Source of the DNA: Gemmatimonadales bacterium
GTDB taxonomy: Bacteria; Gemmatimonadota; Gemmatimonadetes; Gemmatimonadales; GWC2-71-9
Length of the DNA: 64,000 bases
NCBI GenBank assembly: GCA_037189525.1
Contig: JBBCJC010000003.1
Span: 1 to 64,000 of the forward strand
Reading direction: 5' to 3'
Under the pieces are notes generated by a model. It was not told the DNA's origin, did no database searches, and worked only from the letters and a program-made list of their open reading frames with translations. Numbering within the stretch: position 1 is the stretch's first letter; each line of letters opens with the position of its first letter. A program made the translations under genes and the position numbers. Below, piece by piece: positions 11,698-20,214 of this stretch.

Positions 11698-14013
11698 TCA
11701 GAACTCCCACTCGATCCCGAAGACCGGCAAGAGCGTCCACTGTGTGACGGAGTCGACGCGGCCGGTCGCCGGGTTCCAGTAGATCTGCGCCACGTTCTTG
11801 CGATTGTAGGCGTTCCAGACACTCAGAAACGTGTTGAGCGTGGTACCGCCGATCGTAAAGCGGCGGTCGGCCCTGATGCTCAACGCATGGTAGGCCGGCA
11901 GCCGGGCCGCGTTGATCTGACTCCCGTCCAGTACCGTCCGCCCCGCCTCTGCCGATGCCGCCGCGTCGACCGGCGTGTACGGCGGGCCGCCCGCGTAGAT
12001 CCAGCGTGCCGATAGATCCCACGCATCGCCGACCTTCCAGCCTCCTTCAGCGGTCAGTACGACACGATTGTCGAAGACCCGGGGCCGCTGGACGCCGTCG
12101 CCCGCGCGATAGAACGACCGTGCGTAGCTAGCGCCGAGCTGGCCGTACAAGCGGTTGGTCATGCGCTTCTGGAGCAGGGCCTCGAGTCCCGTCGTGTTGC
12201 CTGTACCGGTCGATGCAAGGACTTCGTGCGCCGCCAGAAAGCCGAAGCCGTGATAGAGCTCGTCGACCGGAAGGAGTCCGGGCTGATCGGGATCGACGGG
12301 AAGCCGGTCGTACCGTTTGTGATACGCTTCGAGCGTGAATCGGAGGTCGTCCGCCAGGTGGTGGTCGAGGCCGACGACCGCATGCACCGCGCGAGGGTCG
12401 GGCAGGGCGAGATGCGCCGCCGCCTGCGCGAGCAGGACCGACGGCAGGGTCTGGTAGTAGACGCCTCCCGACGCGGTCGCGACGGTGGCCGGCCCCAGCC
12501 GGAGGGCGACACTGCCTCGGGGTGAGAGAGTGGTGTTACCGGTTGCCGAATGGTGATCGATCCGCGCACCAAGCGTAAAGCCCACCGCGCGGGATGCCCG
12601 GGCGGCCAGCGTGGTGAAGGCGCCGGCGCGAGTGCTCTGCTGCGTCGTCCGGACGTCGAAGGTCGTCGGGTCGGCGCCCAGCGGGTTCGGGACGTCGTAC
12701 CGGTTGTCGTAGCGGGATGATGCGCGGCTGGCGTCGCCTCCGATCGAAAGGGTTCCGCTCCCGAGGTCGATGCTCGTGGTGTGACGGAGCCGGACGGCGC
12801 GCTCGCGCGACCGGTTTCGGAAGATCAGGGCGTTGTTGCCGCCCGCTTCGAAATACGATTCGTCGAATCGTGAGGTGGACCAGGCCGCCGAGGTGACCGC
12901 ATTGACCCGCGACCCGAATGCGGCCGTCCAGGTCAGTCCGGTCGTCCCCTGCAGCAGATCCTGTCGGCCGAAGGTAAAGGCTTCGTTCTCGAGCGCATTG
13001 GCCAGATCGGTCTCGAACCGATCGTCGGCCCAGATCGCGAGCAGGCCGAGACGGTGACTCCGGCCGAGATCGACGACTACTTTGCCCTGATAATCGCCGT
13101 ACTGTGGAACGGCAGTCGTCCCCAGGTCGAACGCTTTGATGGCGAGGTCGAGATAACTCCGTCGCGCGGCCACGATCCACGATCCGGAGTGACCGAGCGG
13201 TCCTTCGGCAATACCGCCGAATCCGATGAAGTTGAGGTCGAGTTGCGCGTCCAGGGCCTCCCGATTCCCCTCGCGGAAGCGAATATTGAGGGCCGACGAG
13301 AGCCGATCGCCCGACTCCGCGCCGAAACCGCCGGCCGAAAAGTCGACTTCCCGGATCAGATCGACATGCAGCAGACCGATCGGCCCGCCCGATGAACCTT
13401 GGGTGGGAAAGTGGTTGATGTTGGGAATCTCGATTCCGTCGACCAGGAAGAGATTCTCGAGAGGACTGCCGCCGCGGACCGCCAGCGCATTGCTCTGGTC
13501 ATTGACCTTGGCAACCGACGGCAGGCCCTGGAGGATGCGACTCACGTCACCCGCGGCACCCGGAGCGCGTTTGATCTCCTCCGCCGAAAACCCCACCAGG
13601 CTTCCGGCAGTGAGCGCGGGCTCTGGAAACAGAGCGGGTGCCGCCTCGACCGTTTCGAGCTGGAAAGGGGCCGGCTCGAGCGACAGGTCGATGACGGAGA
13701 ACCGGTTTCGGCGGACGACGACGTCCGGAAAAGCAATCGGCCGATACCCGATGCGCCGAACCTCGATGATCCAGGTTCCGGTTTTCACGTCCACGATCCG
13801 GTATCGGCCCGAGGAATCGGTCATGACGGCGTGGTCGCTGCCCCGGACGGACACGCGAGCGGCGGCGATAGGACGGTTGGTTTGCTGATCGGTCACCCGT
13901 CCTGTCACCCCGGTCTGGCCGACGAGCGGATCGGGTCCCAGAGCGGCCAGGAGGGGCCATCCGAGGATGGGGGCGGACCGTTTGATCGCAAGAGATATCC
14001 TTGCTAAACACAC
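11698..14013 (-). CDS. TonB-dependent receptor with N-terminal carboxypeptidase-regulatory-like domain
   Basis: VTGRVTD...TDSSGRY domain, plug VRGGSPLENLFLVDG, C-terminal GIEWEF; start uncertain. Confidence 0.9.
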   Translation of the reverse strand: MCLARISLAIKRSAPILGWPLLAALGPDPLVGQTGVTGRVTDQQTNRPIAAARVSVRGSDHAVMTDSSGRYRIVDVKTGTWIIEVRRIGYRPIAFPDVVVRRNRFSVIDLSLEPAPFQLETVEAAPALFPEPALTAGSLVGFSAEEIKRAPGAAGDVSRILQGLPSVAKVNDQSNALAVRGGSPLENLFLVDGIEIPNINHFPTQGSSGGPIGLLHVDLIREVDFSAGGFGAESGDRLSSALNIRFREGNREALDAQLDLNFIGFGGIAEGPLGHSGSWIVAARRSYLDLAIKAFDLGTTAVPQYGDYQGKVVVDLGRSHRLGLLAIWADDRFETDLANALENEAFTFGRQDLLQGTTGLTWTAAFGSRVNAVTSAAWSTSRFDESYFEAGGNNALIFRNRSRERAVRLRHTTSIDLGSGTLSIGGDASRASSRYDNRYDVPNPLGADPTTFDVRTTQQSTRAGAFTTLAARASRAVGFTLGARIDHHSATGNTTLSPRGSVALRLGPATVATASGGVYYQTLPSVLLAQAAAHLALPDPRAVHAVVGLDHHLADDLRFTLEAYHKRYDRLPVDPDQPGLLPVDELYHGFGFLAAHEVLASTGTGNTTGLEALLQKRMTNRLYGQLGASYARSFYRAGDGVQRPRVFDNRVVLTAEGGWKVGDAWDLSARWIYAGGPPYTPVDAAASAEAGRTVLDGSQINAARLPAYHALSIRADRRFTIGGTTLNTFLSVWNAYNRKNVAQIYWNPATGRVDSVTQWTLLPVFGIEWEF

Positions 14014-14031
14014 GTTTAAAACTCATGCTTA
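14005..14031. promoter_or_regulatory. Tandem palindromic TetR-type operator candidates
   Basis: TAAACACACGTTTA (14005-14018) and related AAAACTCATGCTTA (14018-14031) between the receptor gene and the divergent TetR gene. Confidence 0.6.
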
Positions 14032-14041
14032 AGATCGAGCG

Positions 14042-14070
14042 AAGATGAGGGATCAGAAGACTGCTGTCAA
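14042..14070 (-). promoter_or_regulatory. Sigma70-type promoter for the TonB receptor gene
   Basis: Minus strand TTGACA-17 nt-CATCTT. Confidence 0.65.
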
Positions 14071-14087
14071 CCGCCCAATGGACTCCG

Positions 14088-14687
14088 ATGGACCAGCCTG
14101 AGGCCCCACGGGACCGGATCATCGTGGCCACGCTCGAGTGCTTCGAGCGGTTCGGCGTGGAGGGGACGACGGTTCGCCGGATTGCCGACCTGGCTCAGGT
14201 CAACGTGGCCGCGGTCAACTACTACTTCGGCTCGAAGGACCGGCTCGTCGACCAGGCGCTGGCGGCCAGTCTCGACCAGGTCTTCCCGGATGCCGCCCGC
14301 GAACTCGGCGAGGCCATCCAGGCGGAAGCCGGCGATGTGCGGAAGGGGACGGAGCGGTTTTTTCGGGAGTTCTTCCTGGTGGCGTTCAAGTGGCCCAGGA
14401 CGGCCTATGCCCACCTTCGTCCCATGTTGGCCGAGCAACGGTACGACGGTCCGGCCGTGGCGGCGTTCCGGCGGTTCGTGGAAGCGTTTTTGGGAGTGAT
14501 CGAACCGGCGATGCCGGAGCCGGACCCCAAGCTTCGCCGCGCCATCGTCTATCAGGTGTGGAGTTGTTTTCTCCTCACGGCCATCGCGCCGTCGATCCTC
14601 CCCGACCTCCTCTCGGAAGAGGAGGCGGGCAGCCACCTGGCCGACTCGATGGTTCGCCTTCTGTTTGGTCCCGATCCAGACGCGTGA
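14088..14687 (+). CDS. TetR/AcrR family transcriptional regulator
   Basis: HTH: GVEGTTVRRIADLAQVNVAAVNYYFGSKD. Confidence 0.92.
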   Translation: MDQPEAPRDRIIVATLECFERFGVEGTTVRRIADLAQVNVAAVNYYFGSKDRLVDQALAASLDQVFPDAARELGEAIQAEAGDVRKGTERFFREFFLVAFKWPRTAYAHLRPMLAEQRYDGPAVAAFRRFVEAFLGVIEPAMPEPDPKLRRAIVYQVWSCFLLTAIAPSILPDLLSEEEAGSHLADSMVRLLFGPDPDA

Positions 14688-14746
14688 ATTCCGCCCGGCA
14701 GACCACGGTGCCAATGCGGACGGAGAATCGTTAATTTTAGATCATT

Positions 14747-15502
14747 ATGGTAATGCTCAAATCACCCCGGGAAATCGACACCATGGCCAAGGCCGGCGCC
14801 ATCGTCCATGCGACGCTGGAGCTGTGCCGTGGCCTCGTCAAACCCGGTATTTCGACCGAGGATCTGGACCGGGAGGCCGAACGGTTCATCCGGAGCCATC
14901 CGGGCGCCACGCCCTCGTTCAAGGGCTTGTACGGCTTTCCGAAGAGCCTCTGTATTTCGATCAACGAGGAAGTGGTTCACGGGATTCCGTCGCCCAAGCG
15001 GGTCCTCCGTGACGGCAACATCGTGAGTCTCGATTGCGGCGTCTGCATCGACGGCTTCCACGCCGACAGCGCCATCACGGTGCCGGTCGGCCCGGTGGCT
15101 CCGGAAACGGAACAGTTTCTCGAGACCACCCGGCGGGCGCTCGAGGCCGGGATCGAACAGGCCCGGCTCGGCAATCACATCGGCGATATCGGCCATGCGG
15201 TGCAGACGGTATCCGAGGCGCAGGGCTACGGGGTCATCCGGGAGCTGGTCGGGCATGGCGTCGGGACCAAGATGCACGAGGATCCCCAGGTGCCCAATCA
15301 CGGCAAGCCGAAGCGGGGCGAGCGGCTCTTGGAGGGGATGACCATCGCGATCGAGCCGATGATCACGATGGGGCACTACAAGACGCGGACGCTGGCCGAC
15401 AAGTGGACCATCGTTACCGCGGATGGATCGCTTGCTGCGCACTTCGAGCATACCATCGCGGTCACCAAAGACGGACCTCGCATTCTGACGCTCGCTGCGT
15501 AG
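14747..15502 (+). CDS. map: Methionine aminopeptidase type I
   Basis: CISINEEVVHGIP, GHGVG..HEDP, AIEPM, AHFEHT. Confidence 0.99.
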   Translation: MVMLKSPREIDTMAKAGAIVHATLELCRGLVKPGISTEDLDREAERFIRSHPGATPSFKGLYGFPKSLCISINEEVVHGIPSPKRVLRDGNIVSLDCGVCIDGFHADSAITVPVGPVAPETEQFLETTRRALEAGIEQARLGNHIGDIGHAVQTVSEAQGYGVIRELVGHGVGTKMHEDPQVPNHGKPKRGERLLEGMTIAIEPMITMGHYKTRTLADKWTIVTADGSLAAHFEHTIAVTKDGPRILTLAA

Positions 15503-15523
15503 GTAGGGCGGGTTCGTTTTCTC

Positions 15524-15558
15524 GCGGCGCCGGCCCCTTGAGTGAGGGCCGGCGCCGT
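15524..15558. terminator. Hairpin after map, probable terminator between convergent genes
   Basis: GCGGCGCCGGCCC / GGGCCGGCGCCGT stem; weak U-tract. Confidence 0.55.
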
Positions 15559-15570
15559 CGTGTATTCCGG

Positions 15571-15705
15571 GACCGTCGACCCGGCAACACGTGATCGACG
15601 GGCGATCTCCGCGATCGTCACGGCATCGATGCCGCGGCGGCCGAAGAATTCCTTGGCGCTGGCGAGGATGCGGGTCCGCGTTTCGTCCGCCGCGTCGGCG
15701 CGGAG
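15571..15705 (-). pseudogene. TetR-family HTH remnant
   Basis: Manual translation LRADAADETRTRILASAKEFFGRRGIDAVTIAEIARRSRVAGSTV; no start codon at its 5' end and no C-terminal domain. Confidence 0.75.
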
Positions 15706-16527
15706 TCAGCCGGATTGGTCGAGCGAGGTCCGGAGCCAGCGGTGGATGGCCGGGTTCCCGGCCACGATGCCGCTATGGCTGGCCCCGACCTCGCGCCCCG
15801 TCAGGTCGGTGGCGATTCCTCCCGCTTCCCGGATCAGCAAGAGCCCTGCGGCCATATCCCAGGGCGCCAGCATCAGTTCCCAGAACCCGTCGAAAATGCC
15901 GCTGGCCACCCAGGCCAGATCGAGCGCGGCCGATCCGGCACGGCGCACGCCGGCCGAGGCCATCGCTATCCGGGCGAATTGAGGCAGGTAGCGCTCGAGG
16001 TGCTCGGGATGCTTGAAGGGATAGCCGGTGCCGATCAGGGCATGGCGCGGCTCGGTGATGGCCGACACCCGAAGGGGCGTGTCGTCGCGCCAGGCGCCGT
16101 GGCCCCGGGCGGCGTGATAGAGCACGTTCTGCTCGACTTGCAGCACGACCCCGGCGGTCAGCACCCCGTCGACGGCGGCCGCGATCGACACCGCATAGGC
16201 GGGAAACCCATGGACGAAATTGGTGGTGCCGTCGATCGGGTCGACGATCCAGACGAGGCCGGCGTCGGTGGCGTCGGGTGAAAGTTCCTCGCCCATCACC
16301 GTCGATCCCGGCTCCGCGCCGAGCAGCACGTCCGCAATGATCGACTCGGCGGTGCGGTCGCACTCGGTGACGAAATCGTTGCTGGTCTTGGCGCCCCAGG
16401 AGGACGGGTCGCGCGGACGTTCGACGGTCCGGAGATAGTCGGCGGCGCGGCGGGCGGCGTCGGTGGCGAGAGTGCGCAGGTGTCGGGTCGGCATCGGCCT
16501 GGCGTTCGGTTTCAGAGTGTGCGCCAC
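15706..16527 (-). CDS. suhB: Inositol monophosphatase family (SuhB-like)
   Basis: WIVDPIDGTTNF, RRAGSAALDL, WDMAAG. Confidence 0.93.
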   Translation of the reverse strand: MAHTLKPNARPMPTRHLRTLATDAARRAADYLRTVERPRDPSSWGAKTSNDFVTECDRTAESIIADVLLGAEPGSTVMGEELSPDATDAGLVWIVDPIDGTTNFVHGFPAYAVSIAAAVDGVLTAGVVLQVEQNVLYHAARGHGAWRDDTPLRVSAITEPRHALIGTGYPFKHPEHLERYLPQFARIAMASAGVRRAGSAALDLAWVASGIFDGFWELMLAPWDMAAGLLLIREAGGIATDLTGREVGASHSGIVAGNPAIHRWLRTSLDQSG

Positions 16528-16680
16528 GGCTCCGTTGGGTCGGGTCGGGCGCGCCGGCGGGACCGGTCCGGGGGTGGTGGCACGGTCGCCCAGAATAGTA
16601 GCGAGGCCCCCGTTTTAGGCGGTGTACCGGTCCGGTTCGGGTCCGGCTTCGGAAAGGGTAAGTGTAAGCCTGGTTTCGGC

Positions 16681-16709
16681 TTGCCCGCATCGGTCGAGCC
16701 GACTACCTT
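16681..16709 (+). promoter_or_regulatory. Sigma70-type promoter for trpS
   Basis: TTGCCC-17 nt-TACCTT, followed by a 14-bp hairpin at 16715-16750. Confidence 0.55.
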
Positions 16710-16773
16710 GGCTCAACGGGTGGGCCGCAATTCTGGGCGGCTCACCCGTTTCCCATTTCGTCCAGGGGACTTC

Positions 16774-17769
16774 ATGGATCGCGTCTTCTCCGGCATCCAA
16801 CCGACCGGCGAACTGCACATCGGGAACTGGCTCGGTGCCGTGAAGAACTGGGTGGACCTGCAGGATCGGTACGACTGCCTGTACTGTGTCGTCGACCTCC
16901 ACGCCATCACGCACAAGTTCGATCCGGCCGGATTCGCGGAGCGTACCCGCGAGATGTTTCTGGGGCTGATGGCTGCCGGGCTCGACCCGGACCGCTCGAC
17001 CATTTTCGTGCAATCGCACGTGCCGCAGCATGCGCAGCTGATGTGGATCCTGACCAATGTCGCCGGCATCGGCGAACTCGAGCGGATGACACAGTTCAAG
17101 GACAAGTCGCAGCGCAGCGAGCGAATCCTGGCCGGGCTCATGATGTATCCCGTCCTGCAGGCGGCGGACATTCTGCTCTATCGGGCCGACAAGGTTCCGG
17201 TTGGTGAGGACCAGGTCCAGCACCTCGAGCTTTCGCGCGAACTGGCGCGGACCTGGAACAACGCCTTCGCGGCCGACGATCCGTACTTGCCCGAGCCGCA
17301 GGCGTTGCTGACGCCGGCCAAGCGGATTCTGGGTCTGGATGGCGAAGCCAAGATGTCGAAGAGCCTGGGTAACACCATCGGTCTCTTCGAGTCGTCCGCG
17401 GCAATCTGGGATAAGCTGCGTCCGGCCAAGACGGATCCGGCGCGCAAGACCAAGAAGGATCCTGGTACGCCCGAGAACTGCAATATCTACGCGTTGCATC
17501 GGCATTTCTCGCCGCCCGAAACGGTCGTCGAGGTGGCGAACCAGTGCCGCAGCGCCGGTTGGGGGTGCATCGATTGCAAGCGGGTGTTGGCGGACAACCT
17601 CGAGGTGGCACTGGGGCCGATTCGTACCCGGGCCGAAGCGCTGCGTGCCGATCCGGCCCGGCTCGATCGCGTCATTGCGCAGGGAGCGGAGCGGGCGCGG
17701 GCGATTGCATCCGAGACGCTGGCCGGGGTCGAGCGCCGGATGGGTTTCCTGCCGATGGGAGCCGGCTGA
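16774..17769 (+). CDS. trpS: Tryptophan--tRNA ligase
   Basis: FSGIQPTGELHIGN, YPVLQAADIL, KMSKS; start ATG 16774. Confidence 0.98.
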   Translation: MDRVFSGIQPTGELHIGNWLGAVKNWVDLQDRYDCLYCVVDLHAITHKFDPAGFAERTREMFLGLMAAGLDPDRSTIFVQSHVPQHAQLMWILTNVAGIGELERMTQFKDKSQRSERILAGLMMYPVLQAADILLYRADKVPVGEDQVQHLELSRELARTWNNAFAADDPYLPEPQALLTPAKRILGLDGEAKMSKSLGNTIGLFESSAAIWDKLRPAKTDPARKTKKDPGTPENCNIYALHRHFSPPETVVEVANQCRSAGWGCIDCKRVLADNLEVALGPIRTRAEALRADPARLDRVIAQGAERARAIASETLAGVERRMGFLPMGAG

Positions 17770-17770
17770 C

Positions 17771-18850
17771 ATGGCCGGTGTCCCGATCGAGCGGATCATC
17801 AAGGCGGCGGTGGATCGCGGCGCCTCGGATCTGCACATCAAGGCGGGCGATGTCTTTCGGGCGCGGATCGACGGCACCCTGGTGCCGCTCACCAAGCAGC
17901 GGCTGACTCCGGAGCAAACCCGCGCCGCCGCGCTCAAGCTGGTGGCCAGCGACGACGACCGGGCCCGGCTCGATGAGCTGACCGACTACGATTGTTCCTG
18001 GGGGCTGCCCGGCGTGGGGCGTTTCCGGGTCAACCTGCTTCGGCAGCGGTCGTCGTTCATGATCGTGATGCGGGTCATTCCCTTCGGCATTCCGACGCTG
18101 GATCAGCTGGGCCTGCCCGATTCGTTGCGCGGGTTGGCGGAAGCTCCGCACGGCCTGGTGCTGATTACGGGGGTGAGCGGCAGCGGCAAGAGCAGCACCA
18201 TTGCCGCCATGGTGCATCATCTCAATCAGACGCAGCAGCGGCACATCGTGACGATCGAGGATCCGATCGAGTTTCTCCATCGCGACTTCAAGTCCTCGGT
18301 GACGCAGCGCGAGGTGGGCATCGATACGGCCTCACTGAGCGTCGGGGTGCGCGCCGCATTACGCCAGGATCCGGATGTGATCATGGTGGGCGACGTGCAC
18401 GACAACGAAACGCTGGAGACGGCTATCAAGGCGGCGGAAACCGGCCGGTTGGTCATCGGCGCCATGCCGACGCCGGACGTGATGACTACCATCGGCCAGT
18501 GCTTTGCGATGCTGCCGCGAGAAGAGCGGGACATCGGCCGGATCAGGTTCTCCTCGGTTATCACGGCCATCGTATCGCAGCAGTTGCTGCCGAAGAAGGA
18601 CGAGTCCGGCCGGGTCGTGGCGGCCGAGATCATGATTGCGTCGCGCGCCATCCGCGATGCGCTCAAGGATCCGGCCAAGGTCGTCGACGTCAAGACGCAG
18701 ATGACCCGCGGGTACGGCAAGAGCGGTATGCAGACCTACGAGCAGCACCTGGCCGAGCTGGTCAAGGCGAACATGATCTCGATCGAGACGGCCACGGCAC
18801 TCGGGGCAGGCGAAGCGACGGCGCCCGCGGGCGCGAAAGGGAAGCGGTGA
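17771..18850 (+). CDS. PilT/PilU-family type IV pilus ATPase homologue with degenerate motifs
   Basis: ASDLHIK, RFRVN, GSGKSST, TIEDPIEF, LRQDPD; start ATG 17771. Confidence 0.9.
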   Translation: MAGVPIERIIKAAVDRGASDLHIKAGDVFRARIDGTLVPLTKQRLTPEQTRAAALKLVASDDDRARLDELTDYDCSWGLPGVGRFRVNLLRQRSSFMIVMRVIPFGIPTLDQLGLPDSLRGLAEAPHGLVLITGVSGSGKSSTIAAMVHHLNQTQQRHIVTIEDPIEFLHRDFKSSVTQREVGIDTASLSVGVRAALRQDPDVIMVGDVHDNETLETAIKAAETGRLVIGAMPTPDVMTTIGQCFAMLPREERDIGRIRFSSVITAIVSQQLLPKKDESGRVVAAEIMIASRAIRDALKDPAKVVDVKTQMTRGYGKSGMQTYEQHLAELVKANMISIETATALGAGEATAPAGAKGKR

Positions 18851-20130
18851 TGTTCGGTTCGGATTGTCGGTGTCTCGTCGTCGTCGGATCGCAGTGGGGA
18901 GACGAGGGTAAGGGCAAGCTCGTCGACGTCATTGCGGAGCGAGCGGATATCGTCGCGCGGTATCAGGGCGGGGCCAATGCCGGCCACACCGTCGTGATCG
19001 GCGACTCGCAGTTCATCCTGCGGTTGATTCCGAGCGGTATCCTCCACACGACCACGGTCTGCGTGCTGGGGAATGGTGTCGTGATCGATCCCGAGAGCTT
19101 CCTCGGCGAACTCGACGGCCTGGCCGAACGCGGGATCGATGTCAGCGGCCGGGTGCTGGTCTCCGATCGCGCCCATCTGGTGCTGCCGTATCACAAGCTG
19201 CTCGATCTGGCCGAGGAGCAGCGGCAGCATATCGGCACCACCAAGCGGGGCATCGGGCCGGCCTACGAGGACAAGTACGGCCGCCGGGGCATCCGGGTCG
19301 GTAACCTGCGCAACGTGGCTGAGGCCGAGTCGTTGCTGGCGGCGCGGATCGACCGGGCCAACGAGTTGCTGGCGTTGGCAGGGATGGAGGAGCGCGCCTC
19401 GTTTGCTGAGCACGTGGAGCTGCTGCGGCAGGTGGCGCCGCGCCTGGTGCCGATGACGACCGATACGGGCGCGCATCTCTACCACGCCCTCAAGGGCGGG
19501 CGCAGCGTGTTGCTCGAAGGAGCGCAGGGGGCGTTGCTGGACGTGGACCACGGAACGTATCCGTTCGTGACCTCCTCGAACACGACGGCCGGTGGCGCTG
19601 CGGTCGGGGCCGGGATCGGGCCGACGCTGGTCGATCGGGTGCTGGGTGTGGTGAAGGCCTATACCACGCGGGTGGGTAACGGTCCGTTGCCCACTCTTGC
19701 GGATGAGGCGCTCGAGGAGGAGTTGCGCCGGGTCGGTCACGAGTTCGGGGCCGTCACCGGGCGTCCGCGTCGTTGCGGTTGGTTCGATGCGGTCGTGGTC
19801 CGCTACTCGGCGCGGGTCAACGGGCTCACCGATCTGGCCGTGACCAAGCTGGACGTGCTGGACGGGTTCGATCGGATCCCGATCGGTGTTGGCTACGAGC
19901 TGGACGGCGAGCGGATGGATGAGATGCCGTCGGACGTGACGGTTCTGGGCCGGGTCCAGCCGGTGTACGAGACCATGCCCGGCTGGCGGTCGCCGACGGG
20001 CGGGGCGCGGTCGATGGCGGATCTGCCCACGGAAGCGCGTGCCTACCTGCATCGGCTCGAGGAGTTGGCCGGCGTGCCGATCAAGTATGCGAGTGTCGGG
20101 ACACGGCGGGATCAGATCATCGAAGTCTGA
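18850..20130 (+). CDS. purA: Adenylosuccinate synthase
   Basis: QWGDEGKGK, GGANAGHT, EGAQG, TGRPRRCGW. Confidence 0.99.
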   Translation: MFGSDCRCLVVVGSQWGDEGKGKLVDVIAERADIVARYQGGANAGHTVVIGDSQFILRLIPSGILHTTTVCVLGNGVVIDPESFLGELDGLAERGIDVSGRVLVSDRAHLVLPYHKLLDLAEEQRQHIGTTKRGIGPAYEDKYGRRGIRVGNLRNVAEAESLLAARIDRANELLALAGMEERASFAEHVELLRQVAPRLVPMTTDTGAHLYHALKGGRSVLLEGAQGALLDVDHGTYPFVTSSNTTAGGAAVGAGIGPTLVDRVLGVVKAYTTRVGNGPLPTLADEALEEELRRVGHEFGAVTGRPRRCGWFDAVVVRYSARVNGLTDLAVTKLDVLDGFDRIPIGVGYELDGERMDEMPSDVTVLGRVQPVYETMPGWRSPTGGARSMADLPTEARAYLHRLEELAGVPIKYASVGTRRDQIIEV

Positions 20131-20150
20131 TCGACAACGTCGCGGCCGAT

Positions 20151-20193
20151 GCGATGAGGGGGACGGCGCTTGGTGCGCCGTCCCCCTCATTGC
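20151..20193. terminator. Strong hairpin between convergent purA and pilin operon
   Basis: GCGATGAGGGGGACGGCGC / GCGCCGTCCCCCTCATTGC. Confidence 0.7.
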
Positions 20194-20214
20194 GTACTCG
20201 ACAGGGCGTCAGGG

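Noticed and set aside
16570..16590. GGTGGCAC resembling a Trp T-box upstream of trpS
   Set aside because: Continues ACGG rather than ACC, no stem I/specifier loop is visible, and it lies upstream of the likely trpS promoter
16660..16680. Minus-strand GAAACCAGGCTTAC resembling the RNase P RNA 3' end
   Set aside because: No GAGGAAAGTCC partner and not enough intergenic space
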